A stretch of DNA of 64,000 nucleotides from Robinsoniella sp. (GCA_023664735.1 JAMPFB010000004.1:2316-66315), one strand, 5' to 3'; numbered from the stretch's first letter, positions 19,420 to 29,609 are shown. Made by a program: numbers and translations. The notes: generated by a model not told the origin, from the letters alone.

Positions 19420-20224
19420 TTGCTTCACCTCCACCTTCTTCATCAGATGGGGTTTCCCTATCCTTTGGCGCTAAGAAAGATTTCAGTTTTTCCTCAATGA
19501 CACGAGGATTCTCTCCTGCCTGAATGGATAAGAGACCTTCTATCATGATTTCCTTTATCATGATTTCTGCGTCATTATTTGTTTTTAATTTACTTGCAAC
19601 CGGCGTGCATATCCAGTTGGCTAACAGGGAACCATATAAAGTAGTAATCAATGCAACCGCCATGTTGGGTCCGATGGAAGAAGGGTCATCCAGTTTTTTC
19701 AACATATTAATCAGACCAATCAGCGTTCCAATCATACCCCATGCAGGACCCATGGAAGCAACGTCCTGCCAAAAGCCAATTTTTGCCTTATGCCTTCCTT
19801 CCACACTGGTAAGCTCCGTTTCCATAATCGCCCTTACCAGCTCCGGGTCGGTACCATCCACAATAAGCAATATGCCCTTTTTTAAAAAGTCATCATCCAA
19901 ATCTCCTGCTGCTTCTTCCAAGGAAAGAAGTCCTTCTTTTCTTGCAACATTGGATAGCTCAATAATTTTTTTTATGATTTCAGGTGTGTCCATGGCAGGC
20001 GTCTTGAAAATAAGCCCCATGCTCTTTAAACCACCTACAAAATCCGCTATGCTGTTAGAAGCCAGAATACAGGCAAAAGAACCACCAAAGGTAATCAGCG
20101 CCGAGGGGGCATGCAAAAAGTTTGCCAGTGCCGCCACCCCTGCCTCGCCTGAGACAATACCAAAGATAACTAAGGCCAAACAGGCAATTAAACCAATAAT
20201 CGATGCTAAATCCAAAATGTCCAC
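19412..20224 (-). CDS. motA: Flagellar stator protein MotA
   Basis: 270 aa, four TM segments, MotA/ExbB-type C-terminal half (GPAWGMIGTLIGLI, ALITTLYGSLLAN). Confidence 0.9.
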   Translation of the reverse strand: MDILDLASIIGLIACLALVIFGIVSGEAGVAALANFLHAPSALITFGGSFACILASNSIADFVGGLKSMGLIFKTPAMDTPEIIKKIIELSNVARKEGLLSLEEAAGDLDDDFLKKGILLIVDGTDPELVRAIMETELTSVEGRHKAKIGFWQDVASMGPAWGMIGTLIGLINMLKKLDDPSSIGPNMAVALITTLYGSLLANWICTPVASKLKTNNDAEIMIKEIMIEGLLSIQAGENPRVIEEKLKSFLAPKDRETPSDEEGGGEANG

Positions 20225-20239
20225 CTTCCTACTCTTGCG

Positions 20240-20425
20240 TTAGCTTGCAAAAATATCCTTTCTATACGATTTTACTAAATTTTTTACTTCTTGTCTACTT
20301 TCTTTTACAATTATTTTTTTCCCGGTCGTAAAAGAAATGACTGTATCGGGAGTTTCCTCCACAGTCTCCATCAAGTCAGGATTTATCAACACTTTCTGTC
20401 CATTCAGCTTTGTGACTTCAATCAT
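20240..20425 (-). CDS. flbD: Flagellar protein FlbD
   Basis: 61 aa: MIEVTKLNGQKVLINPDLMETVEETPDTVISFTTGKKIIVKES. This matches the typical FlbD pattern, and it lies just upstream of motA. Confidence 0.8.
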   Translation of the reverse strand: MIEVTKLNGQKVLINPDLMETVEETPDTVISFTTGKKIIVKESRQEVKNLVKSYRKDIFAS

Positions 20426-20501
20426 TTTTCATCATTCTCCAAATGTTTTTTCACGGATAACAGAATATTTTCCTAAAATTTACTAATCGTTACCGCAACA
20501 A

Positions 20502-20529
20502 GGCAGAAACAGTTTTATCCGTTTCCGCC
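20502..20529 (-). other. Intra-operon stem-loop after flgE
   Basis: The minus strand reads GGCGGAAAC-10 nt loop-GTTTCTGCC (9 bp including one G-U), 37 nt after the flgE stop, followed by TTGTTGCGG. Confidence 0.35.
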
Positions 20530-20565
20530 TGCTGCTTTTTTCATATGATTTACCTTAACCTTTTA

Positions 20566-22224
20566 TTAACGTTTCAGGTTTACCAGCTCTTCTAGCAAGG
20601 TGTCTGATACGGTAATAATTCTGGAGTTTGCCTGAAAACCTCTCTGAGTGGTAATCATTTCGGTAAATTCCGATGAAAGATCCACGTTGCTCATTTCCAG
20701 CACGCCGGTAGAGATATAACCGCCGCTTGCTGTAACATCCACGCCTATTCCATCAAATTCACCTGAATTTAAGGTAGCGGCATACAGGTTGTCACCCTGC
20801 TTTTCCAGTCCTGCTGCATTTGGGAACTCTGCTACTGCAATCTGTCCTAGCAGCTTTGTCTGTCCGTTGTCATAATGGGCATATATCATGCCATTGCCTT
20901 CTATGGACACTCCGGACATTTTTCCAACCTTGCGTCCTGCTCCCCTTCCGTCTTTATCTCCTGCATCTGCGCCAATGGTACTGGTGCCATTGGAATTATA
21001 GTTATTGGATGGGGAGAAGTCAATGTTTATGGTATTAAATGGCCCGTTTGGTATGGAAACCTCTGCGCCAAAATTCAAATCCAAAGTAAAATTATTGGTT
21101 AATCCGTTTACGGATTCTATCAGTTTCGTGGAATCGTTATATTTTACAATGCCACCCTGAATAACCTTACCAGCTACTGTCAAGGCGCCTGTTGCATCCA
21201 TAATGTTCGTATCAATGGAGCCTGCTGCCAGCATGGTTGCCAATGTATCTGTATCTGCGCCGCTTACGCTTCCATACAGCTTGGAAAACTCCTCATAGGT
21301 GCTGAAGCCGTAAGCATTTGCCAGTATCTTCTGCTTTTCTGCTGCCGTCCCCTGTGCATCATCCGTAAATAAATCCGCAAACGTATAGGTAACGCCTTCA
21401 TAAGTAACACTGGTGGCATTGACCGTATAGCCCTGTGCCACATTTAATGTCTGGGCCCCTGGCACCTTTACAGAGCTTCCAAATGCCATGTTCGGGAATT
21501 GGGATAGAACGGATTTTCCATTAGAATCCAGTATATCTGCTATCTCCACACTGTATTCTCCATTCCTTCCGGTAGCCTTCATGGATATTTTTGCTGTATA
21601 AGCATATCCTGCATTGTCAAAAAATCCCAGATTCATAATCTTTCCGGTTTCTGAAGTAACATCCGGATCATTGGCATCAATAATGCCAGATACAAGTGCC
21701 TTCGTAGTAGCTTCCGGTGGATATGTCATATTCTCCGGATTTAAAACCTTTAAAGGACTTACTGTATCCTTCTTAATCTGCCCTGTTGTTTCATCTACCT
21801 GCCAGCCCATTACATTGTAGCCATTAGAGCTCATGGCAAGATTACCAGCTGCATCCACATTAAAGGAGCCATCTCTTGTAAAGAAGCGGTTGGAACCATC
21901 GCTTACAACAAAGAACGCATCCCCCTTCAATTGAAGGTCAAAAGGATTGCCGGTTGTCTGGCTGGAACCCGCCTGCGCAATTGCGGTACTGATTGCCGCA
22001 CTTTTTACACCAAGGCCAATCTGCTTTGCATTGGTTCCGGCTGTTCCGGTAGTGGCGTTTGGGCCTGATGCGCTCTGGCTGGTCTGATACATCAGCTCTG
22101 CAAAATTTATGGATTGGGATTTATATCCTACTGTGTTGACATTTGCTATGTTATTACCAATAACGTCCATCTTGATCTGGTGTGTCTTAAGACCTGCTAC
22201 ACCAGAATACAATGATCTCATCAT
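20566..22224 (-). CDS. flgE: Flagellar hook protein FlgE
   Basis: 552 aa. Conserved rod/hook N-terminus (MMRSLYSGVAGLKTHQIKMDVIGNNIANVNTVGYK) and C-terminus (LEMSNVDLSSEFTEMITTQRGFQANSRIITVSD). Confidence 0.9.
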   Translation of the reverse strand: MMRSLYSGVAGLKTHQIKMDVIGNNIANVNTVGYKSQSINFAELMYQTSQSASGPNATTGTAGTNAKQIGLGVKSAAISTAIAQAGSSQTTGNPFDLQLKGDAFFVVSDGSNRFFTRDGSFNVDAAGNLAMSSNGYNVMGWQVDETTGQIKKDTVSPLKVLNPENMTYPPEATTKALVSGIIDANDPDVTSETGKIMNLGFFDNAGYAYTAKISMKATGRNGEYSVEIADILDSNGKSVLSQFPNMAFGSSVKVPGAQTLNVAQGYTVNATSVTYEGVTYTFADLFTDDAQGTAAEKQKILANAYGFSTYEEFSKLYGSVSGADTDTLATMLAAGSIDTNIMDATGALTVAGKVIQGGIVKYNDSTKLIESVNGLTNNFTLDLNFGAEVSIPNGPFNTINIDFSPSNNYNSNGTSTIGADAGDKDGRGAGRKVGKMSGVSIEGNGMIYAHYDNGQTKLLGQIAVAEFPNAAGLEKQGDNLYAATLNSGEFDGIGVDVTASGGYISTGVLEMSNVDLSSEFTEMITTQRGFQANSRIITVSDTLLEELVNLKR

Positions 22225-22302
22225 AATGAAACGACCTCCTATTTTTTATTGCCGCATGCCCCTTCTATCATTCAGGAACAAAAGCCTCCTTATCGGTCCG
22301 GC

Positions 22303-22707
22303 TTACATAATTACGGCGCCATCTATGTTCGTGAAAATGTGATTATCTGTTTCTCCCTGATTCATGGCAGTAATGACTGTATGATTGCTGATATTCACAA
22401 TAAACGCCAGATCATCTACCAGTACAAGGGATTCTTTTATGCCTTTCTCTCCTGCCCTACTTGTACCTTCCGCCAAACGCTTAAGCTGTCCGTCCGTCAA
22501 ATCAATATTCCTTTTCTGCAGGCGGTTTGCCGCATGCTTGGAAAATTTCAATTCCCCGGCTTCTTCCAGTTCATTGGATTTCGCCGCTAAGATTTCAGAA
22601 AAGCTAAGGTTCTCTTCCTTCTTTGGCTGGCTGGATTTTACGTTCTGGCTCTGATACTCATTTTGTATCTGCTGGATAGAAAGAAACTGATTGGATATAG
22701 GGTTCAT
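22303..22707 (-). CDS. Small flagellar-operon protein of unknown function, between flgD and flgE
   Basis: 134 aa with no recognised motif. A small gene in this position is common in clostridial fla operons. The call rests on context only. Confidence 0.5.
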   Translation of the reverse strand: MNPISNQFLSIQQIQNEYQSQNVKSSQPKKEENLSFSEILAAKSNELEEAGELKFSKHAANRLQKRNIDLTDGQLKRLAEGTSRAGEKGIKESLVLVDDLAFIVNISNHTVITAMNQGETDNHIFTNIDGAVIM

Positions 22708-22758
22708 CTTCCTTCCTCCTCCATGAGCATTGGGCTTATCGTAATATGCCCTGATTGT

Positions 22759-23445
22759 TTATTCTGCGTCCGTACCTTCTGAACCCTCAGTGCTTGGCTT
22801 GTTATCCTCTTCAATCTGAATGAGCGTCTTCATCTTTTCGATATACTCCTCAATCATCTTCTGGTCTTCCTCGCTGATAAAGGATTTCTGATACTCGTTC
22901 ATGGATTCGTATACCTGCTGGATGGATAATACCGCATCCTTATTGGTAATGTTTAAATTCAACATGCTTGGCAGCCTTGAAACAGCATACAATAATGCGG
23001 TTGCCATATTGAAAGCTTCCAGATAATCCGAATCTGCCACTGTATCCACCTGATCCAAAGGATACTCCTCTCCATTTACGCCAAGGATTGCCTTACCGTT
23101 TTCATAAGCTACATAATTTACCTTACCCGTGTCATAGGTTACCTTTCCGGTATCGCTGACCGTTTTTACTGTAACCTCTTTTCCTACAAGGGAAGATGCC
23201 CTCTGCAGCTCGTTGTTTGCATTTAAGTTCTGCATTTCCTCAAGCTCTGAGAATGTGGCAAGCTGGGAAATATATTCCGTATTGGATGTAGGCTCCAAAG
23301 GATCCTGATATTTCATCTGTGCTACCAATAACTGTAAAAATGCATTTTTGTCAAGGCTGTTGGATTTTTTTTCTTCTTTCTGGGCCTCCTGCCAGGATGT
23401 TCCCAAATCTAATTTTCCGTCTACAAACGGCGCTATGTTTGCCAT
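22759..23445 (-). CDS. flgD: Hook capping/assembly protein FlgD
   Basis: 228 aa. FlgD N-terminal motif FLQLLVAQMKYQDPLEP. Confidence 0.85.
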   Translation of the reverse strand: MANIAPFVDGKLDLGTSWQEAQKEEKKSNSLDKNAFLQLLVAQMKYQDPLEPTSNTEYISQLATFSELEEMQNLNANNELQRASSLVGKEVTVKTVSDTGKVTYDTGKVNYVAYENGKAILGVNGEEYPLDQVDTVADSDYLEAFNMATALLYAVSRLPSMLNLNITNKDAVLSIQQVYESMNEYQKSFISEEDQKMIEEYIEKMKTLIQIEEDNKPSTEGSEGTDAE

Positions 23446-23460
23446 ATGCTTCCTCCTTTC

Positions 23461-24930
23461 TTATACCATATAATCCAATGTGTTGCCATTTCGCTCCATC
23501 ATGTCCTTCTGGATTTCCACTGCATCCTGTTCTTCCTCTGTCAGCTCTGTTTCTTCTCCTTCCGGTACATTCAGGTTGATCTTTCTTCTTGTTACTTTTT
23601 TCGCTTCGTAAGCATTCTTTTCCTGACTGCCGCCTTTTTCCAGATTTCTTTCAAATTCATGGCTTGCTACCAGCACTTCCACTGCTTCCACCTTGACTCC
23701 TTGATTTTCCAGCTTTTCTCTAAGCTGGATTACTTGGGCTTCCAGCACTTGCTTTACTGCTTCACTTTCCGTGGTAAACTGTGCGGTTATAATGCCTTCC
23801 TTTGCCCGTACCTGTAAGTGCAGGGTGCCAAGGCTTTCCGGATGGAGCTGCATTTCCATGCTTGTAAAATCTTCTCCGCCCGTTACTCTTACCGCTTCCC
23901 CGATCTGATTTAAAATACTCTGGGGATCTACGGTAGGCAATGGCGCTTCCATTTTTACAGGGACTGCTGCCTTTCCTTCGGCAAATGCTGCCGGCTGCTG
24001 AATTGAAGCGGCCGTTTCCTGTCCTAAACCGTTCCGGCTCTTAGACTGCCTGCTGTCGTCCTTAAGACCTTCCTGCGCCGTCTGTTGTCCTGCTGACGCC
24101 GTCTCTTTCACAGATGTCCCATTGGCAGATGTCTCCTTTGCAATCGTTGCATATTCCCTGCTCTCTTTTGCTGCTGGAACTTCATCCTGTACATTTTCCG
24201 TCGGCTGGAAAGCTTTCACCGCTTCCTTGTCTGCTTCTTCTCCTGCCAAATCTTCCGCCTGCATAAGCGCTTCCTCTTCACCGGAAACCAAAGCCTTTTC
24301 AGGCTGCTCGTTTCCTTCCGGAGCCTTTGCAGCTTCTTCCAGCATGGAAACAATCTCTTCCGGCTTCATGCCAAGCTCACTGGCAAGCTCCTCCACAGTT
24401 GCCGTTACCTGTCCGGAAAGCTCCTTAAGCCCTTCAAACACTGCTTCATCCGTCACAAGAGTGAGACCATCCATTTCTTCTACTATTTCTGCTGTAAGCT
24501 TTGCCAGATTTATGGGATTCAAAAGATCTCCCAAAGATAATCCCAGCGCTTCCATGGCTGTTTCCAGTTCCTCTACCGTTATGTCCATGGCATCGGCAAT
24601 TTCTTCCTTTAGGTCTTCTGCCGTTTTCTCTATCTGTCCGGATTCTTCTAGGGAAAGCTTTTCCGAAGATTTTCCAGTTTCAGCCTTCTCATCGGATATC
24701 CGTTCCGGCCTGCTGCTTCCATTCTTTTCAAAGGGCTGCTTTCCACTTTCTGAAGCATTGGGTGAGGCTTTTATTTTTCCGCCATCTGCCGCAGCTTCCG
24801 TCTGGCTTCCACTTCCATTCATAATATCCGCAAAGCTTTGCTCCATATTTTTAGCTGAGCTTGCCTGAGCTTTTCCAGCTGGCAGATTCAACGAAAATGC
24901 CGTCATGTTTGTTGCAGGTATTCCTGTCAT
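23461..24930 (-). CDS. fliK: Hook-length control protein FliK
   Basis: 489 aa. Low-complexity E/A/S-rich body with a C-terminal Flg_hook-type domain (MEMQLHPESLGTLHLQVRAKEGIITAQFTTES). Confidence 0.75.
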   Translation of the reverse strand: MTGIPATNMTAFSLNLPAGKAQASSAKNMEQSFADIMNGSGSQTEAAADGGKIKASPNASESGKQPFEKNGSSRPERISDEKAETGKSSEKLSLEESGQIEKTAEDLKEEIADAMDITVEELETAMEALGLSLGDLLNPINLAKLTAEIVEEMDGLTLVTDEAVFEGLKELSGQVTATVEELASELGMKPEEIVSMLEEAAKAPEGNEQPEKALVSGEEEALMQAEDLAGEEADKEAVKAFQPTENVQDEVPAAKESREYATIAKETSANGTSVKETASAGQQTAQEGLKDDSRQSKSRNGLGQETAASIQQPAAFAEGKAAVPVKMEAPLPTVDPQSILNQIGEAVRVTGGEDFTSMEMQLHPESLGTLHLQVRAKEGIITAQFTTESEAVKQVLEAQVIQLREKLENQGVKVEAVEVLVASHEFERNLEKGGSQEKNAYEAKKVTRRKINLNVPEGEETELTEEEQDAVEIQKDMMERNGNTLDYMV

Positions 24931-25007
24931 CCAAGTTCCTCCTTTCTTTTATTTTTCAATGTTCTTTTTTATAATTAATTGGAATTCTCCAAAAAATTAT
25001 CACTTAT

Positions 25008-25036
25008 ATTATCGGCATAAAAAAACTGATTCTTAA
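25008..25036 (-). promoter_or_regulatory. Candidate sigma-28 (FliA/SigD) promoter inside the fla operon, upstream of fliK
   Basis: The minus strand reads TAAG-15 nt-GCCGATAA, against the consensus TAAA-N15-GCCGATAT/A. The -35 overlaps the stop codon of the ylxF-like gene. Confidence 0.4.
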
Positions 25037-25914
25037 CTTTGAGGATCCATAATCTTCGTCAGCCTTGCTGCCACCTTTTCATCCATAACTCCTAATATTT
25101 TCCCTCTTGAGCTGGCATCCATGGCATTTAAGATTTTTGCCGCCAATTCGAGATTATCTGTCATAGCTTCAAAAATCGCTGCTGCCTCTTTAGGCTTCAT
25201 CTCTGAATACGCCTTTGCATAGTCCTTTACCTGACTGTCTACTTCCGCCTGTTTCACTACTTCCTTGTATAAATACTCTGCTGTGGCAGGGTCCATTTCC
25301 TCATAATACTTCCGATATTCATCAGCTCCCGGTCCTTTCTCCGAGTAAACCACTTCTTCATAAAATTCCGTCTTAATTCGCTGAAACTCTACCTGACTGT
25401 TTTCAAAGGTCTTTAATCTTTCAATCTCTGCCTTAAGAGCCGCAACCTCTTCTGCATCGGAAGCGCTTCCATCCTGTTCCTTTTCTAGCTGCATTTCCAA
25501 AATCTGTATCTGCTCCACAGCTTCCTTCAGACTTGTATAGCCGCCGTATTCTCCCTCATCTGCCGTTTCGGTTTCTTTCGAGCCGGGCAGTATTTTGTTC
25601 ACAACAGGCACATCCTTTAAAATAGGAGTAAGTACATTGCTTCCAAAGCCGCCTACATCCAGCTTAATCAAAAGGCAAAGGATAACCAGCCAGACAGCAA
25701 TAATAACAGTTGTTACCAATACTACAGAAATGGTACTGCCCTCTGAATCCTCATCTAAAGCCGCCTCCTGCATGGCAAATTCCTTTGCCCGCTCTTTAGC
25801 TTCCTTCCGCTGTTTCTTCTGTTCTTCTTTAAACCGTTTCTTTTCTTCTTTTAGTTTTCTTTTATCCGCTTCAGGATCTTTTGAAATATTTTGTTCTAAT
25901 GCTTCTCTTGCCAT
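25033..25914 (-). CDS. YlxF-like flagellar-operon protein (single TM, coiled coil, MgtE-N-like C-terminus)
   Basis: 293 aa. K/E-rich N-terminus, one TM segment, C-terminal KPKEAAAIFEAMTDNLELAAKILNAMDASSRGKILGVMD. Lies between fliJ and fliK, like Bacillus ylxF. Confidence 0.6.
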   Translation of the reverse strand: MAREALEQNISKDPEADKRKLKEEKKRFKEEQKKQRKEAKERAKEFAMQEAALDEDSEGSTISVVLVTTVIIAVWLVILCLLIKLDVGGFGSNVLTPILKDVPVVNKILPGSKETETADEGEYGGYTSLKEAVEQIQILEMQLEKEQDGSASDAEEVAALKAEIERLKTFENSQVEFQRIKTEFYEEVVYSEKGPGADEYRKYYEEMDPATAEYLYKEVVKQAEVDSQVKDYAKAYSEMKPKEAAAIFEAMTDNLELAAKILNAMDASSRGKILGVMDEKVAARLTKIMDPQS

Positions 25915-25927
25915 TTCCTGTCACCTG

Positions 25928-26386
25928 CTATTTATTTTCCGCCAGCTTCTGTCCGTAAGTATAGCTGGTAAGCTGATCAATTTCCTTGCTTTCCGCTGCC
26001 TTCTCTTCTAAAAGAAATTCTGCAAAGGCATTTTCCCTGAGTATCTCATGGGCCCTGCGTTCTGTGCGGACCTCCATAAGCTCCACCCGTTTTTCCTCCA
26101 AAAGCTTTTCTGCAAGAAAAAGAACCTTATTCTGCTCCTTTATCCTGCCTTCCGCTTTTTGGATGCCTGCTTTATTTAATGTGATTTCCTGAATGTCCAG
26201 AACATCCGCTTCCAGCAAAGCCTTTGCCTTCCGTTCCAGAGCAGCTTTCCTGTTATGCAGAGCCGACAGCTTTGCCTGCTCCTCTAACACCCTGCGGTTT
26301 GCCATGGCAAATTCATTTTTTGCCTGCTCCTCCAGCTTATTCTTTATATTCAGAATATTTTGCATACGATACTTAAATACACTCAA
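25928..26386 (-). CDS. fliJ: Flagellar export chaperone FliJ
   Basis: 152 aa predicted coiled coil, immediately after fliI. Confidence 0.75.
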   Translation of the reverse strand: MSVFKYRMQNILNIKNKLEEQAKNEFAMANRRVLEEQAKLSALHNRKAALERKAKALLEADVLDIQEITLNKAGIQKAEGRIKEQNKVLFLAEKLLEEKRVELMEVRTERRAHEILRENAFAEFLLEEKAAESKEIDQLTSYTYGQKLAENK

Positions 26387-26400
26387 AACACTTCAGCCCT

Positions 26401-27735
26401 CTATGCTTCAAACAACTCTGAAAGCATCTTTATTTCGTCTTCAAAAGCAATTTTCTCATCGGTTTCCTGCATTAAAAACTCATTTACCTGTTCTATTTTT
26501 TCTATGGCAAAATCAATTGCCGGATTGCTTCCCTGCTTATAGGCTCCAATATTGATTAAATCCTCTGCCTCTGTATAAGTCGCCATTACATTTTTCAGCT
26601 TTCCAGCCGCCTGCTTGTGCTCCCTGTCACAAATCTGGCTCATACACCTAGATATGCTTTGGAGAATATCAATGGCAGGATAATGGTTTTTATGGGCAAG
26701 CTTTCGGTTTAACATAATGTGACCATCTAAAATGCTTCGGGCTGTATCGGTAATTGGTTCGTTAAAATCATCCCCATCTACTAAAACCGTATATAAGCCT
26801 GTAATGGAACCATTTTGTGCCCTTCCCGCCCTCTCTAACAGCTTTGGCATCTCCGAATACACGCTGGGGGGATAGCCTCTTGTAACAGGGGGCTCCCCGC
26901 TTGCTAATCCAATTTCCCGCTGTGCCATGGAAAAACGCGTTAGGGAATCCATCATAAGCAGAACATCCTTTCCCTGATCCCTGAAATATTCCGCTATCGC
27001 TGTAGCAGTCTTTGCCGCTTTATTTCGTTCAAGAGCAGGCTTGTCGGAGGTTGCAACTACTACCACCGACCTTCTCATGCCTTCTTCACCTAAATCTCTT
27101 TCAATAAACTCTCTTACTTCTCTGCCCCGCTCTCCAATTAGGGCAATTACGTTAATGTCCGCCCTTGTGTTTCTGGCAAACATTCCCATAAGAGTGGATT
27201 TCCCCACGCCGGAACCAGCAAAAATCCCAATCCTCTGTCCTTTTCCTACCGTAATCAATCCGTCTACTGCCTTCACTCCAAGAGGCAGCACCGTATCAAT
27301 AATCTCTCTTTTTAAAGGGTCTGGCGGAAGCGCTTCTACCGGATATGTGGTTTTTAAGGAAAGCTCCTCTCCATGTATAGGTCTTCCAAGACCATCCAAT
27401 GTTTTTCCAAGCAGCTCCTGACCCACCTGTACCGTCAAAGGATAACCTTGATTTTCAACAATACAGCCGCCGCCAATGCCATCTGTTACCTCATAAGGCA
27501 TAAGCAGCGTTCTCCCATTCTGAAAGCCTACTACCTCGGCAAGTATGTATTTCCCCGTCCTGCCCACTAAATAAATGCGGCAGATATCCCCAAGCTTGGC
27601 TTCCGGACCTGCTGATTCAATCGTCAGTCCCACTACATTGACTACTTTTCCCATTTTTTTGAAAAAGGTGTCTTTTTTTAATTTCTCATATTTTTGAAAA
27701 TCAACCCACAGCCCTTCCATATCAATTCCTTTCAT
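26401..27735 (-). CDS. fliI: Flagellum-specific ATPase FliI
   Basis: 444 aa. Walker A GSGVGKST and Walker B LLMMDSLTR; F1-ATPase-like. Confidence 0.95.
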   Translation of the reverse strand: MKGIDMEGLWVDFQKYEKLKKDTFFKKMGKVVNVVGLTIESAGPEAKLGDICRIYLVGRTGKYILAEVVGFQNGRTLLMPYEVTDGIGGGCIVENQGYPLTVQVGQELLGKTLDGLGRPIHGEELSLKTTYPVEALPPDPLKREIIDTVLPLGVKAVDGLITVGKGQRIGIFAGSGVGKSTLMGMFARNTRADINVIALIGERGREVREFIERDLGEEGMRRSVVVVATSDKPALERNKAAKTATAIAEYFRDQGKDVLLMMDSLTRFSMAQREIGLASGEPPVTRGYPPSVYSEMPKLLERAGRAQNGSITGLYTVLVDGDDFNEPITDTARSILDGHIMLNRKLAHKNHYPAIDILQSISRCMSQICDREHKQAAGKLKNVMATYTEAEDLINIGAYKQGSNPAIDFAIEKIEQVNEFLMQETDEKIAFEDEIKMLSELFEA

Positions 27736-28615
27736 AAGACAAAAGCTGCAGCTGCTTTGATAATTCTTCTAATTGAACACCTAGACTGCAGTCAAAAATA
27801 CCTCCCTCGGTTTCTATCATGCATTCAGCCTGTGCCAGAGTCATATCCTCAATTACTTCAAGAGTCACATCGCTGCCTGCCGCAAACTGTCTGATTTCGT
27901 CCTTTTTGGCGCTGACCGCCTCAAAATCATCTTTTGACACATGGATAATAAAATTCCGTCCTGCACCCATTCTGCTCATGTTCACTTCCAAAAGATGCAC
28001 GATCATTCCCTTTTCCTGCTTTAAATTCACTTTAAAAATATGCTCATAGATGCCAGTCAATGTATCCACAAATTCCGGCTCCAGTTCTTTTATTTTCTCC
28101 TGATAGCTTCTTTCTAAAAGCTCCTCTTTCTCAGACAGCTCCTGTTCCTTTTGGGAGATTTCTGACTGAGCCAGCTCCATGGCCTCTCTATAGCCTGCCT
28201 GCTGGCCTTCGGAAAAGCCCTCTTCCCTTGCCCTAAGCTTAAGAGCCTCTGCCTCTGCCTGTGCATTCTGTAATATCTCTTCTGCTTCCCTTTTGGCATT
28301 TTCTACCAGTTCTTCCGGTGCAGGTCCTGTATATTCTTCCATAACCGGCTGTGCTTCTATCCCTTGGGAAAACCCTTCCTCATCCATATCTATCTCTTCG
28401 CCTAGCAGCCTTGCCACATTTGCTGCTTCCAGAGTGTTTGCCTTTTCTACGGGCACAAATTCTTTCATCGGTTCCTTAGGAGCCTCCTTTGCAGCATTCT
28501 GAAACTCCTTTAATCGCTTTTCAAAGACTGCATTGGAATCGATTACTACAGCTTCTTCTGTCTGAAATGTAATATAAGACTTATATAAATTCGGACTAGA
28601 CAACGATTTCGTCAC
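27722..28615 (-). CDS. fliH: Flagellar assembly protein FliH
   Basis: 297 aa. E/A-rich coiled region plus a FliH C-terminal domain. Lies between fliG and fliI. The start is uncertain: the GTG at 28615 abuts its RBS, and TTG 28603 is an alternative. Confidence 0.78.
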   Translation of the reverse strand: MTKSLSSPNLYKSYITFQTEEAVVIDSNAVFEKRLKEFQNAAKEAPKEPMKEFVPVEKANTLEAANVARLLGEEIDMDEEGFSQGIEAQPVMEEYTGPAPEELVENAKREAEEILQNAQAEAEALKLRAREEGFSEGQQAGYREAMELAQSEISQKEQELSEKEELLERSYQEKIKELEPEFVDTLTGIYEHIFKVNLKQEKGMIVHLLEVNMSRMGAGRNFIIHVSKDDFEAVSAKKDEIRQFAAGSDVTLEVIEDMTLAQAECMIETEGGIFDCSLGVQLEELSKQLQLLSYERN

Positions 28616-29609
28616 CTCCGCCTCTGGATATTACGATTTCACCTGAATCCTCCAGTTTCCTGATAATATTAACAATCTTCTGCTGTGCTTCTTCTACATC
28701 CTTCATACGGACAGGACCCATAAATTCCATATCCTCTTTAATCATCGTAGCAAGACGTTTGGACAGATTGTTAAAGATTGCAGTCTGAACCTGTTCATTG
28801 GAGCCCTTCAGCGCAATTGCCAGATCATTGTTATCCACATCCCTGAGGACTCTCTGAATTGCCCTGTCATCAAGCAGCAGAATATCCTCGAATACAAACA
28901 TCTTCTTTCGGATTTCGTCTGCCAGCTCCGGCTCTTCGATTTCCAAGGTTTCCATAATATGCTTTTCTGTCCCTCTGTCCACAGTATTCAGAATATCCAC
29001 TACTGCATCTACACCGCCGATAATGGTGTAATCCTGATTTACCAGCGAAGACAGCTTTGACTCTAATATCTTTTCTACCTCTTTGATTACATCCGGACTT
29101 GTACGGTCCATCATTGCCATACGCTTTGCTACATCCGCCTGCCTGTCCGGCGGAAGGGAGGAAATAATGCTTGCCGCCTGTCCAGAAGGCAGATAGGATA
29201 GAATAAGGGCAATGGTCTGTGGATGTTCATCCTGAATAAAGTTCAAAATCTGCCCCGCCTCTGCCTTTCTTACAAATTCAAAAGGCTTAACCTGTAAGGA
29301 AGCCGTCAGCTTTCCGATTACCTCTACTGCCTTGTCTGAACCAAGAGCCTTTTCCAAAAGCTCCTTGGCATAGCCAATACCGCCTTCGGCAATATACTGC
29401 TGTGCCAGACAGACTTCGTAAAACTCATTGATTACCTCTTCCTTTACTTGGGGCGTAATGCTCCTTGTATTGGCAATTTCCAAAGTCAATTCTTCTATTT
29501 CTTCTTCTTTTAAATGCTTAAACACAAGCGAAGATTTCTCCGGTCCAAGGGCTATCAATAAAATTGCAGCCTTTTGAAGTCCTGATATGCCAGATTCTCC
29601 TCGAGCCAT
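28596..29609 (-). CDS. fliG: Flagellar motor switch protein FliG
   Basis: GLQKAAILLIALG N-terminus, MFVFEDI motif, C-terminal torque helix region. ATG 29609 is preferred over 29624, which has its RBS directly adjacent. Confidence 0.9.
   Translation of the reverse strand: MARGESGISGLQKAAILLIALGPEKSSLVFKHLKEEEIEELTLEIANTRSITPQVKEEVINEFYEVCLAQQYIAEGGIGYAKELLEKALGSDKAVEVIGKLTASLQVKPFEFVRKAEAGQILNFIQDEHPQTIALILSYLPSGQAASIISSLPPDRQADVAKRMAMMDRTSPDVIKEVEKILESKLSSLVNQDYTIIGGVDAVVDILNTVDRGTEKHIMETLEIEEPELADEIRKKMFVFEDILLLDDRAIQRVLRDVDNNDLAIALKGSNEQVQTAIFNNLSKRLATMIKEDMEFMGPVRMKDVEEAQQKIVNIIRKLEDSGEIVISRGGGDEIVV

Noticed and set aside
22275-22300. ACCGATAA sigma-28-like -10 upstream of flgE.
   Set aside because: No TAAA-like -35 at 14-16 nt spacing, and the G of GCCGATAA is missing.
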